A stretch of 63,928 bases of DNA, filler included. It is 5 parts of 5 records of this genome, joined end to end, with 100 filler letters (N's around TTAATTAATTAA, not from the genome) between each part and the next. Parts side by side here need not be neighbours in the genome. Positions count along the whole stretch, not along the records: positions 52,154 to 58,360 come from SRR31156797_1470; positions 58,461 to 63,928 come from SRR31156797_1542; 3 more parts are not named here. The stretch is one strand, 5' to 3'. A program made the position numbers and the translations under genes. The notes under the pieces are model-generated. The model made no database searches. It was not told where the DNA came from and worked only from the letters and a program-made list of their open reading frames with translations. Numbering within the stretch: the stretch's first letter is position 1; the number at the start of each line of letters is the position of its first letter. This document shows positions 52,445 through 63,360 of this stretch, piece by piece.

Positions 52445-52574
52445 GGCAATAGGCTCCTTGATACGGTCTTACCAACAATTGTAACACAGGGAGCACTGTG
52501 AAAACATAAAGAAAATAAGCAGGTATGACCTCTGGGGAAATCATCAAAATGGGGATGCCTCTGTTCCCATCCTG

Positions 52575-53819
52575 TCAGCTACAGGGCCTCCGGTTTTGAG
52601 AAATAGAAACCCTGGATGCCCTGCCGCCCAGCCCGGCCAGGGCATCCAGCTGTTCCCGGGTCTCGATGCCTTCGGCCACTACGCTGAACTCCAGATCATT
52701 AGCGATGTGGTAGATAGATCGGATAATCCCCTGGGTCTTGCTATCATTGCAGATCTCCTTGATAAAGGAGCTGTCTATCTTCACCTCATTCAGAGGCATA
52801 CGGCTCAGATAGGAGAGGGATGAAAATCCTGTGCCGAAATCATTCAGGGAGATCCTGAATCCCAGATCTATGAGCCCCAGAAGACAGTTTTCGATCATCT
52901 GAATATCTTCCAGAAAAAAATCTTCCGTAAACTCCAAAACAATCAACTCCGGATCGATGCCGTAATTAAGGGCCATCTCCCCTATCCTGTCCACAAAACC
53001 TGTACTGAGAAATAGGATCGGTGAGATATTAATGGAAAGCCTTGATACCTCTTCCATATTTTTCAATAATAGCGGGTATATCCGTAAAAACCGACTCTAT
53101 AACGGCGAAACCGAACTCATCTCAGATCATCCTTGCCAGAAGATCCTTTCCTCCGACGATTTTGTTCAGGACCTTACCGATGATGCTCAAAACCTGGTCA
53201 CCCCGCTCTGTTCCCAGAAGCAGATTGACGACCCTGAATTTTCTGATATTGCAGAGTACAACATATCCTTCCTTCAGAAAACCGAGGTCCTGTCGCTTCT
53301 AAAGGATTATAAAGAACACGCTACCATTATGATAATGCTCAGGTTCACCCCCAGAGTGACGTAAGAGGGAAACCAGAGGCCGATACTGTTGATCCGGGCG
53401 AAGACCTCCGGTCCGTACACGACTTTCCCAAGATGGACCTGTATCATGAAGATTCCAAGACCGTCCAGAATCAGAGCGGCCACGATAATGGAAATTCTTG
53501 TCCGGAAAAACAGCGCCAGAACGAGAGCCATGGCGACGATGGTCTGAAAGGCCGAACTCTGCAGACCATTAATCTGAAGAGAAGTGATGATTCAGTAGAT
53601 CGCGATTACCGAAAGAAGGCCGATCTTGACATTCAGTCGCATTTTCTTTGCGGCAAGGGCAAAGGCCATGAGAAACAATCCCATGCCTGTATTGATCTTA
53701 AGGGTGTGACTATCCTGATAGGCGTTGAGGAGTTGAACAAGAAGCACTATGAGGTGGAAGATAAAATAGATCCAGACGATCCTGTCCACCAGGGTCAACC
53801 TCATCACTTCATAGTGCAA
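52575..53819 (-). pseudogene. Decayed membrane GGDEF-EAL protein
   Basis: TM fragments; LARMI*DEF with a stop in GGDEF; EAL motifs NISP, EFTE, NDFGTG, KID, AEGIE; QGFYFSKP in a shifted frame. Confidence 0.75.
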
Positions 53820-54052
53820 ACATCCGGTTGATCAGTGCTCCAGAATAAAATGCATCCGGAATTACCCCCGCCCTCCCTGAAAGATTGGCTGCGTTTTTTA
53901 CAGCCGTTTTGAGCAGAAAGAACAGTCGATTTGCCAGGTATTCTTTCATTTATGGCATCAATTATATTAACATTCATCCACAGTAAAACTAAGAAGACCG
54001 TTTTAAACATTGAACATATCGACCATTATATGTATTATTTAAAAACAGAATA

Positions 54053-54069
54053 TGTATTATAATAATACA
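54053..54069. promoter_or_regulatory. GntR-type operator palindrome
   Basis: TGTATTAT-A-ATAATACA directly upstream of gntR. Confidence 0.5.
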
Positions 54070-54109
54070 CAGTATCAGATGCAATTGAATTTATGCCGGA
54101 GAGTCATTT

Positions 54110-54775
54110 GTGAAAAAAGAAAGCAAAGTCGATCAAGTCTACAACTATCTATATAAAGCGATTATGAATCAAGAGATCGGCCTGGGCACTCCCATCTCCG
54201 AACTGGCCATATCCAAGCAGCTGGATATCAGCAGAACTCCTATCCGGGATGCAGTTCAGCGCCTTATTGCAGATCAGATCCTGGAGTCCATTCCCGGAAA
54301 AGGGGTATTTGTAAAAGCTCAGACGAAATCGCTTATAGCAGAAAACTATGAAGTCATGGAAGCTCTTGAAGGAATGTGCGTTTACCTGATTGCCGACAAG
54401 GTGGAAGAAGACAAAGTCAGAGCGATTGAATCCTACCTTGTTGTTATGGAAGAGATCATTCAATCAGAAAACAGGCAGATCATAAGATGGCTGGAAAATG
54501 ATGAAAAGTTCCATGCAGCCTGTTACTCCCTCTGCCCCAACAGAACCATTTCCCGACAGCTTCAAAAGGTCAATGACCTTCTGGTTAAAATGAATATCCT
54601 GTCCACAGGAATCATGAGTGACTTTCAAAGATCTACGGTTGAGCACAGGACTCTGTATGATGCCCTAATAAGAAAGGATCCGGAAGCGGCCCGGGAGGCG
54701 GCCCAGATGCATTGGAAAAGAATAAGAACAGAACTTCTGGAGTATTTTGACTATCTCTCCAAAACAAAAAAATAG
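54110..54775 (+). CDS. GntR (FCD) transcriptional regulator
   Basis: ISRTPIRDA wHTH; FH, EH and H metal-binding FCD motifs. Confidence 0.9.
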   Translation: MKKESKVDQVYNYLYKAIMNQEIGLGTPISELAISKQLDISRTPIRDAVQRLIADQILESIPGKGVFVKAQTKSLIAENYEVMEALEGMCVYLIADKVEEDKVRAIESYLVVMEEIIQSENRQIIRWLENDEKFHAACYSLCPNRTISRQLQKVNDLLVKMNILSTGIMSDFQRSTVEHRTLYDALIRKDPEAAREAAQMHWKRIRTELLEYFDYLSKTKK

Positions 54776-54791
54776 ATGTAAGAGCCCCGCT

Positions 54792-55778
54792 GTGAAGCTG
54801 ATTGACCTGCACTGCGATACGCTGTTACTACCTGTTCTCCCTGATGTTCCCAAACAGGATGATTATCTCCGCTCCAACAGTGCAATGGTGGATATTGAAA
54901 AGCTTCAGCGTGCGGGTTCCATGGCCCAGTTTTTCGCTATCTTTATAAATTCAAACAATTTAGAAAGGTACGGCCATGCCGGATATGAGCCATGGGATTT
55001 TGCCATGGTTATGTACCGCTACTATCTGGATGAACTGGAGAAGAACGAAGATATACTGGCCCACGCCAACAACTATGACGATCTGACGAAGCATAACGAA
55101 GACGGGAAGATCTCCGCTTTTCTGACTGTGGAAGAAGGAGGAATTCTGGATGACAGAATCTCCCGTGTGGATGAACTCTATAACAAAGGCTTCCGCCTTA
55201 TTACCCTGCTTTGGAATATTGAGAACTGTATAGGATATCCCCAATCCGGCGACCCTGTTGTTATGTCTTCCGGCCTCAAACCCTTCGGGAGGGAGGTCGT
55301 TGACAGGATGAACCGTCTGGGAATGCTCATTGATGTTTCCCATATTTCGGACGGCTGCTTCCATGATATTTTAGAAGCCAGTAAAGCTCCTGTAATCGCG
55401 TCTCACTCCAATGCCAGATCAGCCACCGCTCATCCAAGAAATCTGACTGATGAAATGATCAGAGCTCTCGCGGAAAAAGGGGGCGTCACAGGAATCAATT
55501 ATGCTCCCAAGTTCCTTTATGAAGTAAGTACAGGATGTAGCAATGTAAGTCTTGTCAGCGATATGGTGCGCCATATCAAACACATCCGGAACATCGGCGG
55601 GATAGAAGTGTTAGCACTGGGCAGTGACTTTGACGGAATTGGAGGAGAGTTGGAGATCGGCGATATCAGTCAGACAGAGAAGCTTTACTCAGCCCTGAAA
55701 GCCGAAGGATTCTCAGAGAGCGACCTTGAAAAGGTCTGGTATGAGAATGCCGTCAGAGTCATCAAGGATGTCTTATAA
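54792..55778 (+). CDS. Membrane dipeptidase (M19)
   Basis: DLHCDT, DVSH, ASHSN, RNLTD, GSDFDG. Confidence 0.92.
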   Translation: MKLIDLHCDTLLLPVLPDVPKQDDYLRSNSAMVDIEKLQRAGSMAQFFAIFINSNNLERYGHAGYEPWDFAMVMYRYYLDELEKNEDILAHANNYDDLTKHNEDGKISAFLTVEEGGILDDRISRVDELYNKGFRLITLLWNIENCIGYPQSGDPVVMSSGLKPFGREVVDRMNRLGMLIDVSHISDGCFHDILEASKAPVIASHSNARSATAHPRNLTDEMIRALAEKGGVTGINYAPKFLYEVSTGCSNVSLVSDMVRHIKHIRNIGGIEVLALGSDFDGIGGELEIGDISQTEKLYSALKAEGFSESDLEKVWYENAVRVIKDVL

Positions 55779-56051
55779 TCATTTTCCACTTGATCTCTTC
55801 CTAAATCAAACCCCAAATCATTCCTTGCAAAATACTACAACTGTTCTTAAATAATACACATTTTATCATTTTTACTGTGTTTTTTATAAACACATATTTG
55901 TATTTTCCCTGTTCTTAAACACACCAATATGTAGTTTTATTTTTATCTGAAATACCGTAAGCCCATATGAGAGGCGTTTACGGTGATTTCAGGAGATTGG
56001 CACGGGTATTGCATTTCTATTGCTGTATCACAAAAATTAGGAGATCGGATC

Positions 56052-56999
56052 TTGGTAAATTACATTGTAAAAAGAGTCTGTGGCCTTTTCCTGACCCTTT
56101 TTATCCTTTCCGTAGTTGTTTTTCTTCTTATGCATGCCATTCCGGGAGGCCCTTTCGATCTGGACGGCGGTGACAAAGGAGTACCTCTGCCGGATGCCGT
56201 CAGACAGGAAATTCTCAAACAGTACGATCTGGACAAACCTCTAGTAGGACAGTACTTCTCCTATGTAACGAAAGCCTTGAAATTTGACTTTGGCCGTTCA
56301 TTTTCACGACCATCCGAAACAGTGACGCAGCTGATTGCTAGAACCTGGAAAGTATCCCTTCAGCTGGGACTTGTCACATTTCTGATAGCCATAGTATTCG
56401 GGATCCTTCTGGGAACGATCGCCGCACTGCATAAGAACAAATGGATTGATTATATTACAACAACATTTGCTGTCGGCGGGACGGTCTTTCCGAATTTTGT
56501 TGTGGCCGTAGTCCTGGTTGTGATATTCGGCGTGAAACTCAGATGGTTTCCCACAAGCGGTTGGGGCGGTTTTAAATATATGGTTCTTCCTATGCTGGCG
56601 TATGCCACCCTTCCCATGAGTCAGATAGCCCGGTTTACAAGGACCTCAATCCTGGATGTTCTGCACGAAGATTATATAAGAACTGCCCGAAGCAAGGGAC
56701 TCTCTTCGTTTCTCATTATCGGCCGGCATATGATGAAGAATGCCCTGATCCCCATTATTACCATCAGCGGTCAGCTTTTTGCCGACGTCATTACCGGTTC
56801 TTTCTATATTGAAACGATCTTCCGGATACCCGGTCTCGGCCGGTATTTCACCTCCTCCATTATGGAGAGAGACTATCCGATGATCATGGCTACAGCCCTT
56901 CTGCTGGGAGCTCTGTTCGGTCTTATCAACCTTATATCGGACATTCTCTATGCTTTTGCGGATCCAAGAATCCGTCTGGGTGAGAAGGAGACCAACTAG
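56052..56999 (+). CDS. oppB: Oligopeptide ABC permease
   Basis: PGGPF, YIRTARSKG, ETIFRIPGLG, RDYP; TTG start after AGGAG. Confidence 0.88.
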   Translation: MVNYIVKRVCGLFLTLFILSVVVFLLMHAIPGGPFDLDGGDKGVPLPDAVRQEILKQYDLDKPLVGQYFSYVTKALKFDFGRSFSRPSETVTQLIARTWKVSLQLGLVTFLIAIVFGILLGTIAALHKNKWIDYITTTFAVGGTVFPNFVVAVVLVVIFGVKLRWFPTSGWGGFKYMVLPMLAYATLPMSQIARFTRTSILDVLHEDYIRTARSKGLSSFLIIGRHMMKNALIPIITISGQLFADVITGSFYIETIFRIPGLGRYFTSSIMERDYPMIMATALLLGALFGLINLISDILYAFADPRIRLGEKETN

Positions 57000-57000
57000 A

Positions 57001-57876
57001 ATGAAAAAGAACAAAACAAGTTTTAAAGATTGGAAAAAACAGAGAGGATTTTTGCAGGACGGCCTTTACCGTTTCAACTGCAATAAACTGGCCGTCTTCG
57101 GCTTATATGTCTCCTTTCTCATACTCATAGTCACAATATTCGGCCCCAATTTTCTGGAAAATTCATATTCGGATCAGAACTATGACAAAGTCGGTATATC
57201 TCCCTGCCTGGAATACCCTATGGGAACGGATGACCTTGGCAGAGATGTCCTTTCACGAGTCGTCTACGGAGGCAGGACCTCCCTGTCCCTGGGTCTTATG
57301 GTACAGCTGATTTCTGTAGCCATAGGGTTGCCCCTCGGTGCCCTGGCAGGATACTACGGCGGAAGAATCGACTTCATCGTGACCCGGCTTATAGACCTTA
57401 TGATGGCATTCCCCAGTCTGATGCTGGCAATCATCATTATGGTGGTTATCGGACCGGGATACAGCAATGTTCTGTTTTCCCTTGTACTGATTACATGGCC
57501 TACCATCGCCAGAATCGTACGAGGTCAGTTTCTGAAATACAGAGAATCCGAGTTTGTTACGGCCGCCAGGGCCATCGGAGCCAAGGATGCCCGTATTATA
57601 TTCAAACACATTCTGCCCAATGTTATGGGCGCAGTCATTATCGCAGTGACACTGGGAATCCCGGCGACGATATTCAGGGAAGCCGGTTTGAGCTTCCTGG
57701 GGATAGGAGTGGTTCCTCCCGTACCCAGCTGGGGTCAGATGATCGGAGAATACTATATCCAGATTCAAAGCTACTGGCATATATCGGTTTTTCCGGCTCT
57801 GGTTTTGGGGCTGTCCATCCTGGTGTTCACCTTTGTGGGTGACGGTCTTCAGGATGCACTGTCCACTAAAAGTTAG
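57001..57876 (+). CDS. oppC: Oligopeptide ABC permease
   Basis: GTDDLGRD, AARAIGA, HILPN, LSFLG, PSWG. Confidence 0.88.
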   Translation: MKKNKTSFKDWKKQRGFLQDGLYRFNCNKLAVFGLYVSFLILIVTIFGPNFLENSYSDQNYDKVGISPCLEYPMGTDDLGRDVLSRVVYGGRTSLSLGLMVQLISVAIGLPLGALAGYYGGRIDFIVTRLIDLMMAFPSLMLAIIIMVVIGPGYSNVLFSLVLITWPTIARIVRGQFLKYRESEFVTAARAIGAKDARIIFKHILPNVMGAVIIAVTLGIPATIFREAGLSFLGIGVVPPVPSWGQMIGEYYIQIQSYWHISVFPALVLGLSILVFTFVGDGLQDALSTKS

Positions 57877-57945
57877 CATTTAAAGGTTTGTAAAACCTTA
57901 AAAATATGATTGGGACTCTATGAAGGTCTCATTAGGAGAGAGATT

Positions 57946-58360
57946 ATGAAGAAGAAGATGCTTACGGTTGCTTTTCTGCTAATCTGTTCCGCTCTGATGT
58001 TTGCAGGCGGTCAGTCCGAAGAGTCTACAACAGCAGAAGCCGGCGGCGGAAGACGGGTCAATGCATGGGGAGTGACACTACCCGAAGATGCCCTCGGAGC
58101 TGACGAACAGGTACTGGTCCTGCCCAGTCAGGCAGGAAAACACATGGACCTGTCAGGCCATTTTTATGAGGCCGACAAATCCGGAGGCGGTGTCTGGTTT
58201 ATGGAATCCCTCCTGTACCTGGATGAGAATTCTAATGTACTGCCCGGTGCAGCCGAATCCTGGGAAAGAGATGGAGACAAGTGGATTTTCCACTTGAGAA
58301 AGAGTGCAAAGTGGTCTGATGGAACTCCCGTTACTGCCGGAGATTTTGAGTTCGCTCTCA
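57946..58360 (+). CDS. oppA: Oligopeptide ABC substrate-binding protein (3' truncated)
   Basis: Spirochaete-type FAGGQSE signal; PGAAESW, KWSDGTPVTAGDF. Confidence 0.85.
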
Positions 58361-58460
58361 NNNNNNNNNNNNNNNNNNNNNNNNNNNNNNNNNNNNNNNN
58401 NNNNTTAATTAATTAANNNNNNNNNNNNNNNNNNNNNNNNNNNNNNNNNNNNNNNNNNNN
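58361..58460. other. Artificial contig linker
   Basis: 44 N + TTAATTAATTAA + 44 N. Confidence 0.97.
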
Positions 58461-58461
58461 A

Positions 58462-58548
58462 GACTTCGCACAAGCAGGTGGAAAAGATGTTTCTAAAGTA
58501 AATGAAGCAAAAGAAGCTGCACTAAACTTTGTAAAGGAAAACTTATAA
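58462..58548 (+). CDS. alaS: Alanyl-tRNA synthetase C-terminal fragment
   Basis: DFAQAGGKD..* DHHA1 tail. Confidence 0.75.
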   Translation, partial: DFAQAGGKDVSKVNEAKEAALNFVKENL

Positions 58549-58549
58549 T

Positions 58550-59029
58550 ATGGAATCATTGTTTAACAATTTTTCTTCACTTATAGTTTTTTTACATGTT
58601 CTTTCTGCCGTAGTATGGCTAGGAGGAATGATTGTAATGAGATTTGCAGTTCACTACTCAATGCAAAAAGTAGATGAACCTAAAATCAAATTAGGAAGAA
58701 CTTTAGAGAGTCTAAAAAGATTTTTCTCTATGGTTATTCCTTCAATCATAATTTTACTAGCAACTGCTATTATTATGATTATTGCTTTAGGCTTTAAGGG
58801 CACAGAGCTTTATTCAACAGTAATAGCAAAAGAAGCTATATGGATTATAATGACTGTAGTTTTTACTATTATTTATGTAAAAAGAAATCAAGCACAAAAA
58901 GCTTTTGATAAAGGTGAATTTCCACTTGCAAAACAAAAGCTTGAACCAATTGCTAGTTTTCTAATACCTTTAAATATAGTTTTAGGACTTATCGCTATTT
59001 ATTTAGGTGTAACACTTAGAGGATTCTAA
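58550..59029 (+). CDS. 4-TM membrane protein (CopD/DUF4149-like)
   Basis: FLHVLSAVVWLGGM. Confidence 0.65.
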   Translation: MESLFNNFSSLIVFLHVLSAVVWLGGMIVMRFAVHYSMQKVDEPKIKLGRTLESLKRFFSMVIPSIIILLATAIIMIIALGFKGTELYSTVIAKEAIWIIMTVVFTIIYVKRNQAQKAFDKGEFPLAKQKLEPIASFLIPLNIVLGLIAIYLGVTLRGF

Positions 59030-59030
59030 A

Positions 59031-59534
59031 ATGAAAACAATAAAGCTATTACTTACTTTAATAGTTTTTATTTTTTTATTTACAGGCTGTTTTTCAAACA
59101 GCTCTGTAATACTAAAGCCAAAACCAAATCCAAATTTAGAATTTAGAGATTATGAAGCCAATCAAAAACTTTATAATCAACTACTTGCACACTATAAACA
59201 ATGGAAAGGTGTAAGATATAAATACGGAGGAACAACAAAAAGAGGAGTTGATTGCTCTGCTTTTGTTCAAAATGCCTATAGAAATGCTTTTAAAATAAGA
59301 ATTCCACGTACAACAAAACTTCAATCTCAAGTTGGACAAGAAATTGGAATGGCTGATTTACAAATTGGTGATTTAATCTTCTTTAAAACAGGCTATAAAA
59401 CAAGACATGTGGGAATATACCTTGGAGGAGGAGAGTTTATGCACGCTTCTACTAAAAAAGGTGTCACAATCTCTAGTTTAGATAATCCTTACTATATAAA
59501 ACAGCTTTGGAAAATCCAAAGAGTTTTTAACTAA
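59031..59534 (+). CDS. NlpC/P60 lipoprotein
   Basis: Lipobox FTGC, DCSAF, HVGIY, HAS. Confidence 0.92.
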   Translation: MKTIKLLLTLIVFIFLFTGCFSNSSVILKPKPNPNLEFRDYEANQKLYNQLLAHYKQWKGVRYKYGGTTKRGVDCSAFVQNAYRNAFKIRIPRTTKLQSQVGQEIGMADLQIGDLIFFKTGYKTRHVGIYLGGGEFMHASTKKGVTISSLDNPYYIKQLWKIQRVFN

Positions 59535-59541
59535 TACTTTC

Positions 59542-60468
59542 TTAAAATCCTCCATAAATAGCTAACATAACTGGAATATAAATAACTGAGACTATTGTTG
59601 ATAAAAGTACAGTAAATGATGCTTTTTCTGGCTTAGCTTTTAATAATACCGCTAGTGTAACAGTATTACCTGCAAGTGGTACAATTGAGAATAAAAACAT
59701 TACTTTATAAATCTCTTCATTTAAAAAGTTAATAAATGTCTTGTCCACAAAAATTATTGATAATACAACTGCTGGCCAGAAAATAAATTTAAAGAAGTAA
59801 GAAATTCTAATATACTTTTTATCAAAATCTTCATGTAAATTAAAGCCTTTCATTCCCATACCAAGCATCATCATTCCTAAAATTCCATATGCCCATTTTA
59901 GGTTTTCAAAATATGGAACAATAAATTCTGGTGTCCTAAAACCAACAAGGTTAAATGAAAGTCCTGCTATAAAAGCATAAAGAAGTGGTAGTTTTAATAC
60001 TTTTAAAATAGATTGACGTGCAGTAAAACTTCCTTTAGCTGTAACATAAAAACCAGTTGTATTTTCATATAAAAGTGAAGCTAGGGTACCAAAAATAAAG
60101 ATATTAGCAACACTTGGTTCTAATAAAATCATAGCTAAAGGAATACCAAAATACCCAGTGTTTCCTGTACCACAAGTAAAAGCTAATGTATTTACACTAG
60201 CATCATTCCATTCATTTTTATACTTTTTCAAAATATAAAAAGCAATAACACTTCCAAAAATAAAAATAAATAAGGGTAGAAATACTAACTGCATATTAAT
60301 TTCAATAGATAATACAGCAAAAAATATAACAACTGGTCCTAAAATATAAACCAATAAAAAAGCAATTTGTTCTCTTTTGATTCTAAAATATCTAGCTAAT
60401 ATATATCCGATTCCAATGTTTAAATATAAAGGTGCGATTTTTCCTAAGATTATAAAAAATATATTCAT
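59542..60468 (-). CDS. AEC-family transporter
   Basis: About 10 TM segments, GNTGYFGIP. Confidence 0.82.
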   Translation of the reverse strand: MNIFFIILGKIAPLYLNIGIGYILARYFRIKREQIAFLLVYILGPVVIFFAVLSIEINMQLVFLPLFIFIFGSVIAFYILKKYKNEWNDASVNTLAFTCGTGNTGYFGIPLAMILLEPSVANIFIFGTLASLLYENTTGFYVTAKGSFTARQSILKVLKLPLLYAFIAGLSFNLVGFRTPEFIVPYFENLKWAYGILGMMMLGMGMKGFNLHEDFDKKYIRISYFFKFIFWPAVVLSIIFVDKTFINFLNEEIYKVMFLFSIVPLAGNTVTLAVLLKAKPEKASFTVLLSTIVSVIYIPVMLAIYGGF

Positions 60469-61745
60469 TCAAGTCCTAAGTAGTTTGATAAAGCAAAAAG
60501 CATTATAACACAAATGAAATACATCTTAATAGCATAAGGTAGATTTGTTCTAAAAATCTCTTTGGCCTCTAATTCATACCTTGCTTGCATTGTAAGATTT
60601 AATCCACTAAAAGGTGATGTTGATACTGCAATTGCCCATGACATCAAAAAAGAGACAGCTAGTAGAGTATGGTTTAGTTGGTCAACCCAGTTTCCTAAAA
60701 CTGCAATTGAAATTATAGGATGAATTCCAACAAAAGATAAAAGAATAAATATAAGTAAAATAAGAGATGCATAGAAGCCATTTAATTGCTCAAAAGGCAA
60801 AGATAAATTCATACCTAATAAAACAGAACTAATACTAACTCCAAACATTCCTGCTATTAAAAAAAGTGCTATCTCATTTTTCATTTTAGGAAGTTCACAA
60901 CTTATATGAGCTTTTAGTTTTTCACTACTTTTTTTAAGTCCAAACTTTAAAGGTAAAATAAAGATAGCTAAAAGCAGTGAGAAGATAGATATCAGTAAAA
61001 TAACTTTTAACTCAGGGAAAAAATGATGAGTTACTAATACTAAAAATGCTAAAGAAAAAGGTAAATACAGAGTTTCAAACTTCATTGGATAACCTCTAAA
61101 CTCATCTAATAATGGTTCATTTTTAACTTCAAAAAAAGTTACTAAAAAAGTTAAAAAAGCTAAGACTAGTCCCAAACTTAAAATAATAGAAGAAGAAAGA
61201 TTTGGAGCATAAGTAATAGCTGCTGCAAAAGCTACAAAAAATGGAGACCAATAAGCATCAGAAGAAAAGGCTCTTGTTAATGTAATAATTTGAAGCTTTG
61301 TTAATTTTGCTTTTTTATATAGCTTATCTGCAACAATAATCAAAGAAGAAAGGTTTATAACTGAACCAAAAAGATGAACCCCTAAATAGGTTTTTAAAAA
61401 GCTTTTTTTACCCTTTGGTAAAGACTTTATAGCCTTTACTTTAGGCGTAGCAATAAGCCGTAAAAACCCAACTCCAATTAAAAGTGTTAAAAGGTATTGG
61501 TTTACACTAATAGCTTTTATAAAATCTATATCAAAACTATTATAAAAAGAGTAAGCAAAGGCAAGTACACTTAGGGCAAGTAGTTTATATAAAAGTGATT
61601 TTCCATTTACACTTTTAAATAGACTAATTAATGCTAGCCAAGCTATAAAACCTGCTATAAATACTAGTTTTTCATCAAAAAAATATGCAATTATTGTAAG
61701 AAGAAAAGAGAGAAATATTAAGTATCCAGATCTTTTTGTTATCAC
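60465..61745 (-). CDS. Multi-pass membrane protein (putative transporter)
   Basis: Many TM segments, WSPFF, GIHP and SPFSG motifs. Confidence 0.65.
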   Translation of the reverse strand: MITKRSGYLIFLSFLLTIIAYFFDEKLVFIAGFIAWLALISLFKSVNGKSLLYKLLALSVLAFAYSFYNSFDIDFIKAISVNQYLLTLLIGVGFLRLIATPKVKAIKSLPKGKKSFLKTYLGVHLFGSVINLSSLIIVADKLYKKAKLTKLQIITLTRAFSSDAYWSPFFVAFAAAITYAPNLSSSIILSLGLVLAFLTFLVTFFEVKNEPLLDEFRGYPMKFETLYLPFSLAFLVLVTHHFFPELKVILLISIFSLLLAIFILPLKFGLKKSSEKLKAHISCELPKMKNEIALFLIAGMFGVSISSVLLGMNLSLPFEQLNGFYASLILLIFILLSFVGIHPIISIAVLGNWVDQLNHTLLAVSFLMSWAIAVSTSPFSGLNLTMQARYELEAKEIFRTNLPYAIKMYFICVIMLFALSNYLGLE

Positions 61746-62695
61746 TATTTTTCACTTCTTTTTTTATTGTATAAAACTTCTAAAATAGTTGATACACTTC
61801 TTGTGTATGGAGCATCTAAACCTTGTTTTTCACAGTTTCTAATAACAACTCCACAAATTTCATCTAACTCTAAATCTCTATTATGTTCAGTGTCTACCCA
61901 CATTGAGGGTTTGATTGATTGAAAGTTTGTCATTAATTCAAACATTTTGTCTGCATCTTTTTGAGTTAGATTAATTCCAATTGCATTTGAAGCAAGAGCA
62001 GCTTCACTCATAAGTCCATGAATAATCTTTGATACTTTTTCATCTCTAATTAAAACACCTGAATACTCTTGAAGCAAGGCACAAATTGCATTTACTCCAT
62101 TGTTTATAATAAGTTTATTCCAAAGTTCTAGTTTAATATCTTTACAAAGTATAGTTTGAGTTGGTGTTTTATCTAATAACACTTTTAGCTTTTCTAAAAA
62201 CTCTTGATTTTGATTATTAGAAGATACAGCACCAAGTAAAGTTTGAACTTCTCCTGTTGAATCAATATGACCTAAAGATATTGTGTGAGCTGCAATAAGC
62301 CTTGTAAGACCACCTATAACATACTCTTTAGGATAATACTTAGCCATGATATCTTCATTTTCTACACCATTTTGCAAAGAGATATAATAAGGTATTTTTT
62401 TAGTTTCACTAATCCAAGAAGCTAAAGACTTAGAAATAGTTTCAGTACTCATTGATTTTGTAGCAATAAAAATGGCATCTATATTTTCAGGATTTTCATT
62501 TAATAATTCATCAATACTAAGAGTTTCTATTTTATCTTCGATTACATAGTTAGGATGAGTTAGTTTGATTTTATTATTTTTTAAATATTCTAAGTTTTCA
62601 CCTTTTGCTACAAATCTAACATTACAGCCAATATTATGTAGAATCATTCCATAAAAAGCCCCTATTCCACCTGCACCTATAACCACTATATTCAT
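61745..62695 (-). CDS. panE: Ketopantoate reductase family protein
   Basis: GAGGIG, ATKS, LQNG, WNKLIIN, PSM..D..LE. Confidence 0.85.
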   Translation of the reverse strand: MNIVVIGAGGIGAFYGMILHNIGCNVRFVAKGENLEYLKNNKIKLTHPNYVIEDKIETLSIDELLNENPENIDAIFIATKSMSTETISKSLASWISETKKIPYYISLQNGVENEDIMAKYYPKEYVIGGLTRLIAAHTISLGHIDSTGEVQTLLGAVSSNNQNQEFLEKLKVLLDKTPTQTILCKDIKLELWNKLIINNGVNAICALLQEYSGVLIRDEKVSKIIHGLMSEAALASNAIGINLTQKDADKMFELMTNFQSIKPSMWVDTEHNRDLELDEICGVVIRNCEKQGLDAPYTRSVSTILEVLYNKKRSEK

Positions 62696-62789
62696 TACTT
62701 TTCCCCAATATTACATTTTATTTTAAAACAAGTATTATATACTAATTGAGTATAATTCAAATAAAAACATATTAAAAAGGAATACTGTT

Positions 62790-63338
62790 TTGATTAGACT
62801 TGGTTCAAACTCACCAACAAGAGCACTTATTTTAAAAAACTTCAAAATTGATTTTATCCAAAACGGTGGAGATTTTGATGAAGATACAATATTAACTACA
62901 AATCCTAAGTCATTTTGCTATGAAGCCACAAAGGGTAAGTTTAATGAACTATATAAGAAGTATGGAGTAGAAGATATGCCTTTACTTGTATCAGACTCAG
63001 TTGTAACTTCAAATGGTGAGCTACTTAGAAAAGCAAAAGATGAAGCAGATGCAAAAAGAATGTTAGAACTTCAAAGTGGAAGTGAAACATCTGTTATAAC
63101 ATGTATGATATATAAATCAAAAAACAAAGAGTGTATTGATATCTCTATTACAACATATGAGTTTGAAAAGTTTGATGAAAAACATATGCAAGAGTATATA
63201 AACTCAGGTGAATGTTTTGGAAAAGCAGGAGCTATCATGGTTGAAGGCTTTTGCAAACCATATATCAAAAGTGTAAAAGGATATGAAAGTACAGCTATGG
63301 GATTATGTGCTGAGAAACTATTACAATTTATGGATTAA
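62790..63338 (+). CDS. maf: Maf nucleotide pyrophosphatase
   Basis: LGSNSPTR, DSVV, GKAGA, AMGL. Confidence 0.9.
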   Translation: MIRLGSNSPTRALILKNFKIDFIQNGGDFDEDTILTTNPKSFCYEATKGKFNELYKKYGVEDMPLLVSDSVVTSNGELLRKAKDEADAKRMLELQSGSETSVITCMIYKSKNKECIDISITTYEFEKFDEKHMQEYINSGECFGKAGAIMVEGFCKPYIKSVKGYESTAMGLCAEKLLQFMD

Positions 63339-63360
63339 ACTAGATTAAAAAGGATTTATC

